56,755 nucleotides of DNA from Prorocentrum cordatum (taxonomy: Eukaryota): the NCBI GenBank assembly GCA_963575745.1, contig CAUYUJ010000069.1, positions 62,001-118,755 of the forward strand, written 5' to 3'. How positions within the stretch are numbered: the stretch's first letter is position 1; every line of letters begins with the position of its first letter. A model generated the notes under the pieces. It did no database searches, was not told the origin of the DNA, and saw only the letters and a program-made list of their open reading frames with translations. Below, one piece after another: positions 23,040 through 33,759 of this stretch. The position numbers and the translations under genes are program-made.

Positions 23040-23745
23040 TGATGAGGCTCTCGTACTCGTGGTCGCCCTTGCACTTCTTTTCGAGCTCCGCCGCGATGAT
23101 GTGAGAGTTGGTGATGAAGGTCGTCGGCTTCTTCCAGCTCTTGCCCTCAGCGCCTCGAAGACCGAATCGTCATTGATCCGCATGAACGACGAAGACGCCA
23201 TCCAGATCCATGAGCGCCTGCATCTCGGGCGCCCAGAGGCTCTTGACGGTGCGGGTGATCGAAGGGAACCGACTTCCCCATCGCGTGAGCGACGCAAAGC
23301 AAACGGGGTCGTCTGCGCCGACGTGGGCGCATGAGTTCCCCGCGTACGGCACGCGCGTAAGCGCCCTCGTCTCCATGTTGGCGTGCCGCGCGGGTGGCCC
23401 GCGAGAGCAGCGGCGTCAGGTCGCTGGGCCACCTCACATAACATCCGCTTTTGATCGTCGCCCAGGTGCCCTTTGGCCAAAACCTTGATGGTGAAGCATA
23501 GGCGTAGCTGTCCAGCACTCAGGTGCGCCATAGCCTTCTTGGGGTCCATCCGAGGATAGTTCCTCTCCGTCAGTACGCACACGGGGCCACACAACGGAGT
23601 ACCCACCGCCAGATCTGGATCCCGAGCACGAGCATTTGCAAGGCAATCTGCCCACCTTTACATCGTACGCCACTCCACCTCCCTCGCCCGACTTCTCAAG
23701 CTCCTCAGTGACCCTCGGCATGGAGTACATATCCTCGACCTTGAT
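23040..23745 (-). pseudogene. C5 DNA methyltransferase-like domain of the retroelement polyprotein
   Basis: Reconstructed across frameshifts and one insert: VEDMYSMPRV...AYDVKVG...DPDLAVGTPLCGP...GKSVPFDHP...SLW...GVFVVHADQ*RFGL...KKPTTFITNS...CKGDHEY. Order and spacing resemble DNMT motifs I, II, IV (PC), VI (ExP) and VIII. Confidence 0.6.
23299..23477. mobile_element. Small insertion in the DNMT-like domain
   Basis: Degenerate inverted ends, caaa on both flanks; removal rejoins CFTIKVL to the GKSVPFDHP segment. Confidence 0.55.
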
Positions 23746-25364
23746 GTTCCGCATCTTGCGGATCTCCATCAGCCGCTGGTGCGCCACGTCTTTCTTCTCC
23801 TTGTCTACGAAGGTGAAGTTGTCCTCGACCTCCCAGTTCAGCAGGACCACCTGGTCCTCGAGATCGCTCTGCACCTCCTCGAACTACTGCTCGAACTGCC
23901 CGTCCGCCAGCCTCCACCACCTGCTGCCCGCCACGAAGACTCGGTCATGCTGCACTCCTCGCCGTCTTGAGTAGCTGGTCGCTGTTGATCAGGATGACGC
24001 CGTCCCCGTTCTGGTCCTTCTCGTCGCCAATGCTCAGCTGGTCCCACCTGGTCAGCTTCCCGGGGCTGATCTCCTCCAGGTCCTTCAGTTGTCCTCCCCG
24101 AGCCACCATCCGCAGCCGTCGTACTCTATATCTGTTCCTCGCCACGCTGCGGACCCCTTTCCGTTCTGGTTTTGGTACGTCTTTTGGCAGTGGCTTCTTC
24201 CACTCCTCAGATTCAGGGGAACAAAAAGTGGCATAAACATAACAACTCGGAGGTCCGCTCGGGTTTCTCGGATCGGCGCTGGGGCCCCCCGGCGGCGCCT
24301 CCGGCGCCGCCCCTGGCGCGCTCCGCGCGCCAGGGAGGGGGGTCCAGCGCCGATCCGAGAACTCCGCGCGGACCTCCGAGTTTTTATGTTTATGCTCCCC
24401 TATCGATTATTTGTATGCCATTATTTGTTTTATGTTTTTTTTAGTTTTTATGTTTTATGCCATTCTTTGTTCCCCTAGCTCGATTCCCTGACTCGAGCTT
24501 GTCTGTGCTGCTGGGCGTGTGGGTGCTGGCTTCGGCCAGGCTTCCCTGCGTGCGGGCCTCGGGGTGCAGCTCGCCGCACGCCTCCTCCGGCCGGCTCCTC
24601 CCGCAGTCGTGTGCGGGGTTCTTGCCCTGTATTTGTCAGGAGGGAAAAAAACACACAGACACAATTAATCGTCGATTTCCCAGAAAATATGGGAAAATAT
24701 GGGAAGTGGTGGGGAAGACAAAAACCCAGAAAATATGGGAAACCATGGGGGATATTTTTTTTTGTGTGTATTTATTTGTGTGTTCCAGTTCCCCTTCATG
24801 AATGTCATGGCAGCCGTCCGCCCATGCCCTGGAGCTTCTCGATTGCATGCGCACACTGGCTCACCGTCGTCTCGAACTGGCCCGCCGTCTCCTGCAGCGG
24901 GCAGCTCAGCAGCCACTTCAGCGAAGCCGGTCCTGTGGGAACGTTTTTCCCGATCATGAAACTTGCACGTCCCGCCCATGCACGTGTGGAAATAGTCCCC
25001 TGATCTCTCGCCCTTTGGGTCCAACATCATGTACCTTCGTACCTTCTTGTACTTGATTGCGCCCTTTTTGCTGCCCACCGTCGTCTCCATCGTCTCCACG
25101 CACTGGCAGCATCCACCTTCCGCTCTGGATAGTACACCGCCCCTGGATAAACTCCTCTTGGCTCGGTAGTCGCCGGTCCTGTGGGAATGTCCGCCGTGCC
25201 CTGCCACGGCGTGAGCTCCTCCCTCCAGCCCCTGCACACGCCACCTCGGGGGTGCTGCCGCCGCAGCCCGGCGGAGGCTCTCGACCCTGCCGCCTTGGCC
25301 GCGGCCCCTTTCGGCTTGACCTCCTTCGTCCTCCTCTCCAGCCGTTACTGCTGCCTATGGGAAC

Positions 25365-25493
25365 TTGGCATCGCTCGGACGTGTGCATTTTTTCTCGGCG
25401 AGAACCATCAAGGACCATCCTGGACCATCGAGCTAACAAAAACACGCACGAAATCGAAACATGCACGGGAAATGGACGTCCGAGCGACGGCAA
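25365..25493. mobile_element. MITE family U, 6-bp TSD
   Basis: TIR ttggcatcgctcggacgt / acgtccgagcgacggcaa; TSD gggaac/gggaac. Copies at 21543-21670 and, split, at 3833-4935. Confidence 0.8.
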
Positions 25494-25669
25494 GGGAACC
25501 GGTGGAACGTCACCGGCTCCGCTACGGTAGAGGGAACAATTACTGAACGCTCCCCTTCCCCCCAAACTCAATGTTGGCACGCGCGTGGGACGCTGCGGTC
25601 GAAGTGCATCTCGTCAGACCCACCGCCAACTTTGAACATTGGGGGGAGGAGGAGGCGTTGACGGACGAA

Positions 25670-26014
25670 TGTGACATGAGTGTTCGCTAATGTGTTCCGA
25701 GGCCTGTACCACTGAAAATGCCACGATGTTGAGCAGGTCTTTTTCGCACGACGGGCGCACGATGATTGAGATCTCCAATCCGCCCTCCGTGTCGCCAGAA
25801 ACTCGCGCACAGCCCGCACTTGCACAGTTGAGGGAGAGTCGGGATAGGATTTGCTTGGTATCTGGTGTTGTTCTGGAATCTCAGGAGAAACACGGGTAAG
25901 GCAGCCCGAGCAGGATACGGTTGCGTTGGCCCCGTTGGCACATGGATACGTCACAGGGAACAGAAGGGGAGCTGAAGGGAAGCGCACACGCACGCACTAC
26001 ACCGCAAATCGACA
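25670..26014 (-). repeat. Putative 5' LTR
   Basis: Direct repeat of 16261-16600. Bounded by tgt...aca (tgtgaca at about 25669, gaca at 26014). Ends 21 bp before the splice acceptor. Confidence 0.65.
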
Positions 26015-26035
26015 TGTGCATTGGACAAAACGAAG

Positions 26036-26662
26036 GTCAGCATTTTCGCGTGCGACGGCTACGCAGTGTACAGCAGCGATGAGACCGAAATCTCGGACGA
26101 CCTCGTGACGGCCAAGGTCGACAGCGACTTGAAGTGCGAGAAGGGTGGGGAGTTCGGCACGGCTCTGAACGTCGACATCTTCTTCCAGGTGTGGAAGAAG
26201 GTGGTGAACGATGGGGATTACGCAGATTATGACTGGACTGTGAAAGCAGATCCTGATGCAGTGTTCTTCCCCGCGCGCCTCAAATCGGTTCTCTTGGCGC
26301 ACCCGATCGTGCAGGGTGGTGTCTACTTGGTCAATTGCCCCCGTGGATTGCACGGTCCCGTTGAGGTATTTTCAAGGGAAGCGGTTGAGAGATTGTTCTA
26401 CGGTTGGGAGCAGTGCACACAGCATTTTACTCAACAGTGTTCGGGCGACTGCATGTGGGGAGAAGACATGTTCGCCGACCAATGCTTGAGCAAGGTCCTC
26501 GGCGTGAGGTGCGAGCACGACACTAAGATCCTCATCGAGGATGCCTGTGACCCGCCGCCAGGATGGCTTGACTGCCCACCCAGCATGGGGGATGTCGTGT
26601 CCTTGCATCCGTTCAAGACGCCTGAGCGGTACGAGGCCTGCATGACCTCCTCGCAGAGGTGA
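26036..26662 (+). CDS. Downstream exon of a Cys-rich protein with WTVKADPD (DxD) motif, putative Fringe/GT31-like glycosyltransferase
   Basis: Only long, undisrupted, non-repetitive coding-like frame in the window (ORF 26021-26662). No ATG start; acceptor cgaag|gtc. DYDWTVKADPDAVFF, GPVEVFS and WGEDMF motifs resemble GT-A/GT31 enzymes. The function call is less certain than the coding call. ag|gtgatg at the end could be a further donor. Confidence 0.85.
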   Translation, partial: VSIFACDGYAVYSSDETEISDDLVTAKVDSDLKCEKGGEFGTALNVDIFFQVWKKVVNDGDYADYDWTVKADPDAVFFPARLKSVLLAHPIVQGGVYLVNCPRGLHGPVEVFSREAVERLFYGWEQCTQHFTQQCSGDCMWGEDMFADQCLSKVLGVRCEHDTKILIEDACDPPPGWLDCPPSMGDVVSLHPFKTPERYEACMTSSQR

Positions 26663-28069
26663 TGTTGCTATCCGGCGGCCTGCTCTAACGCCCGCCACCG
26701 TGCCAGCGCAGTCGACGTGCATGAAGGATGGCTCTGCCGAGCCGTTCCCAAGCAGGCTGACAGAGCCATCTTCGGGGCTTTGCCCATCAGGCAGCGCCAC
26801 GATACCAACACGCGTCGCGGCTGTACCCATCGGTCGTTGATAGTAGGTCTGTTCAGAGATTCCCCGATTCCAGTCAATTTTAGTCGGAAAGTGGATATAC
26901 GTTACTAGTGTACAGGATTTGTTGGGTCGAGGACGACGTCGGGGTGGTGTGGCGTATACGTTTGAATGTGGATAGAGTTCGGTTCCTTATGTAGACGTCT
27001 TCTTACTACCTTAGTTAGGCGTCTTCCTACCCAACGTGTCGAGCAAGTTTCCCTCTTCCCTTCTCTTCAGGGGGAACCTGTTCTACTTTCACAGCCTTCC
27101 CACTTCATGTTTTTATCCAGTACTTCCGACCGATGGATAGCGAAGCAACGCTGTTGCGCTGTCTCTCGGGGGCTGGTTCGACATTTATCGCAGGCTTCTT
27201 GGAGCTCTCAAGCGCCCCCAGGCGCTCCTAGGTGCTCCCAGGCGCTTACAGGCGCTCCCAGGCGCTCCCAAGCGCTCCCAGGTGCTCCCAGGCGCCCCCA
27301 GACGCTCCCAGACGCTGTCAATCGTGCCCGATACTCACCAGGCGCTTCCCAAGCGCCCCCAAGTGCCCCAGGCACCCCCAGGCGCTCCAGACGCTCCACA
27401 TCTTGGGGAGTCCTCTCGGGGCAGTCTTTGGCTCGATGGTTCCACCAAGCTCTCCCGAAGAGGCTCGGTTGAGCCATCTCACGACCGTCTGCGCGTTCTT
27501 GCGATTGTCTTTGAGCCTTCTTGGGTCGGTATTGGATTGTCTCGGGTTCGCATTTGACCGCTTTCGCGTCATCTTGGGCTGTCTTGTGGGCGTCTTGGGA
27601 TTGCCCGAAGTTTCACCACGGCGATCTCAAGCCAACATGATCGACCCACGAACCCGGAAAGAAACCCAGAACTGCGCTGCTTGGGGACGCTTCCAGGCAC
27701 CTCAACTGAGCAAGGGACGCGCCACGGCAGGGAGGAGGGAGGAGGGAGGAGGGAGGAGGGAGGAGGGAGGAGGGAGGAGGGAGGACGTCAGTTGACGTGC
27801 CAGGGCGCCGCGCCGCGCGACCAGAGGGGGACGCGCCGCGGAAGATGCCAAGGGGGACGCGCCACGGAACGTGCCAGCGGACGTGCCAGGGGGCACGTTG
27901 CGCGACGTGCCCATGATGGCCCTGGTTTCCACCACCACCATAAGTTGGAGGGGGAGGGGGTCGTCCTCCTCCACCACCTCCTTCTCCTCCTCGTCCTCCT
28001 CCTCGTCCTCTGCCTCCTTCCCCCCTCCAGCTTATGGTGGTGGTGGTGGAAAACGTCACGATGCTTTGT

Positions 28070-28808
28070 GAATGACGCTGCGTCCGTGCTCCCAGGGCCG
28101 CGATCCGTGCAGCTTGCGCCGGATGCACGCTCCCAGGGCCACGACCCCTTGTGAATTCCGCTGCGTCCGCGCTCCCAGGGCCGCGAGCCCGCGCGAATCG
28201 GGCTGCGTCCGCTCTGCCCTGGCCACGATCCCTCGTGAAGCACGTGGCGTCCGTGCTCCCAGGGCCACAGCGCACTCCGCGGAGGTTGCCCAGAAGAGCC
28301 CCCCCCTCTCCAGAGCAGAACACAATATTTTATGTTTTCGGGATGGTTTCGGGGAGCGCTCGTCGCCCTCCTCCCTCCCCTTCCCACCATTTCCTGAAAC
28401 TTATGCGCTGGACCCGAAGCCGCGAATCCTCAGAAATGGGGCTGCGTCTGCATTCCCAAGGCCACGACTCCTCGTTGATCACGCTGGGTTCGCGCTCCCA
28501 GGGCCACGATCCCTTGAAGATTACTTTGGATTCGCGCTCCCAGGGCCGCGTTGATCCTTTTGTAGATTACGCTGGAGTGACGCTCCGAGGGCAACGACCC
28601 TCCCGTAAATTGCGCTACGTCCGCGCTCCCAGGGCAATGGCCCTTGTAAATTGCAAGGCGCACGCGCTCCCAGGGCGCACGCGCTCCCAGGGCGTACGTC
28701 CGCAATCCCAGGACCATGATCGTTGACGAACTGCATGGGATCCACGCTCTCGGGGCAAAGATCCCTCGTCCATGACGGCGTGTCCGCGCCCCCCGGGGGC
28801 AGGATCCC
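28070..28808. repeat. Diverged array of about 42-bp units (gcgtccgcgctcccagggccacgatcc)
   Basis: Also at about 32135-32410, 43950-44180 and 44740-46085. Typically follows 12-bp gggacgcgccag repeats (27800-27915, 43560-43920) downstream of an atcgac(t/c)cacga..ccgga head (4940, 27636, 33049, 43388). Confidence 0.7.
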
Positions 28809-28907
28809 TACAGGGCAGTTTCTATACATAGGATTTTGAAGAAACTCTGAATTATTATACATGATTAATTTATGAATAAATGTATGCATACACTCATCGT
28901 TGTTTTT

Positions 28908-30143
28908 CCCAACCATCCTGTGGTGTTGGGTCCTCGTTTTGGAGAGACGTCGCCCCGCGCTCCTCCTTCCTCCTCCTTCCTCCTCCTCCCCTTCCTCCCC
29001 CCTCCTCCCCCTCCCACACCCATTCTGGCACACCCCTCACACGTTTCGTGGCCCCATAGGGAGCTCCACCGAAGGCCCCAGTGGCTGCGCCCGCATGCGG
29101 TTCCACCCCCCATTCTGGCACACCCCTCACACGTTTCGTGGCCCCATAGGGAGCTCCACCGAAGGCCCCAGTGGCTGCGCCCGCATGCGGTTCCACCCCC
29201 CATTCTGGCACACCCCTCACACGTTTCGTGGCCCCATAGGGAGCTCCACCGAAGGCCCCAGTGGCTGCGCCCGCATGCGGTTCCACCCCCCATTCTGGCA
29301 CACCCCTCACACGTTTCGTGGCCCCATAGGGAGCTCCACCGAAGGCCCCAGTGGCTGCGCCCGCATGCGGTTCCACCCCCCATTCTGGCACACCCCTCAC
29401 ACGTTTCGTGGCCCCATAGGGAGCTGGCCCCATAGGGAGCTCCACCGAAGGCCCCAGTGGCTGCGCCCGCATGCGTTTCGTTCCACCCCCCATTCTGGCA
29501 CACCCCTCACACGTTTCGTGGCCCCATAGGGAGCTCCACCGAAGGCCCCAGTGGCTGCGCCCGCATGCGGTTCCACCCCCCATTCTGGCACACCCCTCAC
29601 ACGTTTCGTGGCCCCATAGGGAGCTCCACCGAAGGCCCCAGTGGCTGCGCCCGCATGCGGTTCCACCCCCATTCTGGCACACCCCTCACACGTTTCGTGG
29701 CCCCATAGGGAGCTCCACCGAAGGCCCCAGTGGCTGCGCCCGCATGCGGTTCCACCCCCCATTCTGGCACACCCCTCACACGTTTCGTGGCCCCATAGGG
29801 AGCTCCACCGAAGGCCCCAGTGGCTGCGCCCGCATGCGGTTCCACCCCCCATTCTGGCACACCCTTCACACGTTTCGTGGCTCCATAGGGAGCTCCACCG
29901 AGCGCCCCAGTGGCTGCGCTCGCATGCGGTTCCACCCCCCATTCTGGCACACCCCTCACACGCTTCGTGGCCCCATAGGGAGCTCCACCGAACGCCCCAG
30001 TGGCTGCGCTCGCATGGGTTCCACCCCCCCATTTCGGCACACCCCTCACTCGTTTCGTGGCCCGGGGGCGCCACCGAGGATATATTATATCCACAATTGC
30101 GGTATTCACAACTACGTATGGTTGGGTCTTTCGTCATGCTAAT
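28908..30143 (+). mobile_element. Helitron2/Helentron-like non-autonomous element carrying about 11 near-identical 90-bp units
   Basis: Terminal tt|cccaaccat forms a hairpin with gttggg; inverted copy atggttggg lies about 17 bp inside the other end; inserted in a T-run of MITE V with no TSD. Confidence 0.75.
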
Positions 30144-30556
30144 TAATACTAAACCCTGCGTTTTTAATACATGATCCTCACGCGGAGCATGTATTAAAAA
30201 CTGCACTGCGATTGGTCACACCGTGCCAGGCCCCCCGGGCCAGGACCCCTCGCAGATCACGCTGCGCCCGCCCCCCTACACCCCAAACCCTAAACCATCA
30301 AGACGAAAAGCATTGCGTATTAAGCAAGCCCGAGCGACAGCAAGCATGACGCCATCGCGACGCTCCCAAGCTCTCCGACGCTTCTCCAGGCGCTGCAAAG
30401 CGCTCCCAGGCGCTGCCGGGCAAGCCCAGGCGCTTCGAGGCGCGCCCAAGCGCTCCGTGCGAGCCGGAGCACTTCGTGCGAGCTGGCACGAGCGGGCCGT
30501 CCGAAATTGGGCCGGGACGTACCGGGGCCCAAAACCATATCAAATCATGACAAAAA

Positions 30557-30931
30557 ATAGCCTGGCGAAGGACCCAACCATATGCAGTTGTGAGTAATGC
30601 TGGTGTGTGTGAGTACCGTCTTCGGTGGATCTCCCTATGGAGCCACGAAACGTTTGAGGGGTGTGCCGAAATGGGTGCGGGGGCGGCATGCGAACGTTGC
30701 CACTGGAGCCTTCGGTGGAGCTCCTTATGGGGCCACGAAACGTGTGAGGGGTGCACCGAAGTTGGTGTGGGGGCGGCATGCGAACGCACCCCCTGGGGCC
30801 TTCGGTGGAGCTCCCTGTGGGGCCACGAAACGTGTGAGGGGTGTGCCGAAATGGGTGGTGGGGAGGCATGCGAACGCAGCCACTGGGGCCTTCGGTGGAG
30901 CTCCTTATGGGGCCACGAAACCACGAAACGT
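30557..30931 (-). mobile_element. Same Helitron2-like family, truncated by the gap
   Basis: atagcctggcgaaggacccaaccatatgcag followed by 90-bp units. Confidence 0.7.
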
Positions 30932-31031
30932 NNNNNNNNNNNNNNNNNNNNNNNNNNNNNNNNNNNNNNNNNNNNNNNNNNNNNNNNNNNNNNNNNNNNN
31001 NNNNNNNNNNNNNNNNNNNNNNNNNNNNNNN
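30932..31031. other. Assembly gap (100 N)
   Basis: N run; true distance unknown. Confidence 1.
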
Positions 31032-31032
31032 A

Positions 31033-31392
31033 GGGGGGGGGGGCTGAGGGGGGGCAGGGGGGACAAGACACGCCACGACACGACACGACACGAAAATAAA
31101 GGTGTCCGAGGCCCAGGGGGGGGGCTGCCCTGGGAAGCCTGGAGGAGGGGGGGGGGGGCTGAGGGGGGGGCAGGGGGACGAACGACACGACCACGACACG
31201 ACACGACACGAAAATAAAGGCGTCCGAGGCCCAGGGGGGGGCTGCCCTGGGAAGCCTGGAGGAGGGGGGGCAGGGGGACGAACGACACGACACGACACGA
31301 CACGACACGAAAATAAAGATGTCCGAGCTCTAGAGCACAGCTGTGCAAGAGAATAAAGATGTCCGAGCTCTAGAGCACAGCTGTGCAAGATA
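31033..31392. repeat. Tandem units with (gacac)n-gaaaataaag
   Basis: Three G-rich units plus a short duplication next to the gap. Confidence 0.75.
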
Positions 31393-31674
31393 ATTAATAC
31401 GTAGTTCAAATTCCCAAGCACCTCGTTGTGCTTCTGCCCACCCACCGCGCATCACCGTCGCCGTCTACGAGAGACAGGGCATCTCTGAGAAGCGTCAGCT
31501 GGTTGCCAGACTGGGTCGCCCATGCAGCCGTAGGCTGCCCCCCTTTGGGGAGTCGCGGTTCAAAGATAAACTGTCCCTTGATCTTCGAAAAATATGACAC
31601 CCTAGACCCAGAGACTTTCGCGCTTCGTACCTCCCCTAGTTCCCCTCCGACACGTAAAAGCACTTGTGGAACGC

Positions 31675-31925
31675 TCTAAGCGCCTCTGGGCGCACTTGGG
31701 AGCGCCTGGGAGCGCCTGGGAGCGTCTGGGAGCGCTTGGGAGCGCCTGGGAACGCCTCGGAGCGCCTGGGAGCGTGCGGGAAGCGCTTGGGAACGCCCGG
31801 GAGCGCCTGGGAGCGCTTGGGAGTGCCTGGGATCGCCGGGCAACGCCTGGGAGCGCCTAGCAGCGCCTGGCAGCGCCTGGCAGCGCCTGGCAGCGCCTGG
31901 CAGCGCCTGGGAGCGCTTGGAGCGC
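31675..31925. repeat. 10-bp satellite (gagcgcctgg)n
   Basis: Reverse-orientation arrays at about 27200-27400 and 30360-30460. Confidence 0.85.
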
Positions 31926-33759
31926 ATTGGGAATTTAGAGGCCGGCGGCCCCAAACCCTAAAAGGCTTTCGTTTGGGATGTCGCCGGCCATGCGGCCGGG
32001 GGTGGGAAGTGGTTTCGCCAAGCTTGATCGGGTCGGCTAAACGCCCCCCCAATCAAGCTTGCCGAAAGGGGGGCAGCCTTGCCTTGACTGTCGGCCGCTG
32101 CGCGCCCGAGAAGCCCTAAACCCTAAACCCTGGGCCAGGATCCCTGAGTAGGACCACGCTGCGTCCGCGGCCTCCGTGCCACGGTCGCCTCACAGACTAA
32201 TTACGCTGCGCCTGCGCTCCCACCGGCCACGATGCCGCCCGCGGGGGCCACGGTCGTTCGCAAAAGCTGCGCCGCGGCCGCGCTCTCCCGGGGCCGCTAT
32301 CCCTCATGAGTTGCGCCCTGTCCGCGCCCCGTTCCTCCTCCTCCTCCTCCTCGTCCTCCTCCTCCTCCTCCTCCTCCTCCTCCTCCTGCCCCTGGGGCCA
32401 CGATGCATGGCTGATTATCAGGAGGGGAAGAAACACACAGACACAATGAATCGTCGATTCCCCCGGAAAATGAGGAAAATGTGGGAGGCGTGGGGGGGAA
32501 GGGAAAATATGGGGCATTTTATTTGTTTTTTGTGTATTTACTTGTGTGTCCCAGGGCCCCTTCAAATTAGGCAAGCTGCGTGCGCGCTCCCGGGAATCTC
32601 CTGCGCATCCCCGGGGCGCCCAGGTCGTGCCAGTGCTGCAGGACAAGCGCTCCGCGCGAGCCGTTTCCCAGGGATTGGGCCGACAGGGCGCACCACCTTC
32701 GAGCGGACACGCGCGAAGTTTGCCTGTGCTCGTAGCCTGTGAGGTCTCAGAGCCTCCAGACGTCGTCGTTTGTCGAGGAATGTGTTCAAAACGCACCGCG
32801 CCTTTTTTTTTGCCGAAGGAGACGGAAGTCTGCGGACTCCGGCGAGGATCCGAGGTGGGGGGGGCGCACGTTCTTCGAGCGGGCACGCGCGAAGCGTATT
32901 CTTTCAACTCGCAATCACACTTTACTTGGGTTTGTACCGAGCGGAAGTTGGCCGGCCCACCCCCAGCATGGCACCGGGGACAGCTTGAACACTACAAGAG
33001 AACCTTGGGCCGACGTCTTTCCCAGGAAGGAGTGTGGTAAGCTGAATCACGATCGACCCACGAACCCGGAACGGATTTAAGAAACGCAAGGCATAGCTAC
33101 GTTTTCAAGACACTGTATTGGGCGGCACGTAATTGCACTGCTGATTGAATCGATCGTGATGTACCGTACCAAGGATTGTGCTGTGCTCTGCGGTGCGGAA
33201 ATCAGGTGTGATGTGCCCCGATGAAGTGCGTTGTGCTCTACAGCGCTGTGGATCAAGTCGCCCTTGGCATCCTAATCCTGACCGACGTGATCGGGATCTC
33301 AAGCTCGAGCTGCCTGAGCGCATATCTGGCCCAGAGCTGGTTGCAGTCGAAACTTGTGTGACGCTTCATCAGCTCGAGCTCCAGATCCGACTCGGTTCCG
33401 AAACGGAACGAGGTGACACGGGGTGCAGGGCGTGTGGACGCGCCAACGAATGCGCAAAGGGCGCACAGGGGAGGAGGAGGAGGAAGAGGAGGAGGAGGAG
33501 GAGGAGGAGGAGGAGGAAAACGAGGAGAAAGAGGAAGTGGAGGAGGAGGAGGAGGAGGAGGAGTAGGAAGAGGAGGAGGAGGAACAAGAGGAGGTGGAGG
33601 TGGATGATGAGGAGGGGACGTCAGGGAACGTGGCAAGGGACGCGCCACGGAATAGGCAGGGAAAGCGCTAGGGGACAAGGCCAGGAACGCGACAGAGGAC
33701 AAGCCAGGGGGCGGCCGACGGGGGAAGGGGCATGCGTAGCTCCACACGCCTTCGCGCTG

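Larger units (their letters stand above)
16261..26014 (-). mobile_element. Decayed Copia-order LTR retrotransposon (DNMT-like, IN, RT, RNase H), interrupted by more than 10 younger insertions
   Basis: Collinear minus-strand peptide fragments in Copia domain order between two diverged direct repeats. Many stops and frameshifts; no gag recognised. Confidence 0.85.
14054..26035 (+). other. 11,982-bp GT-AG intron with 9-bp direct repeat at both junctions, filled with nested TEs
   Basis: aggtcagca at 14052-14060 and 26034-26042; removal gives a phase-0 in-frame join. Confidence 0.7.

Noticed and set aside
25641..25656. Purine run next to the LTR-like repeat as a PPT
   Set aside because: It is on the opposite strand to pol. 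No convincing PPT or PBS was found in the expected orientation.
26021..26035. TTG start of the 213-aa ORF as an intronless gene or retrogene
   Set aside because: An in-frame upstream exon and an AG acceptor at 26034-26035 explain the sequence better.
29020..30060. Regular arrays as possible CRISPR
   Set aside because: Units are contiguous with no unique spacers, there are no cas genes, and the context is eukaryotic.
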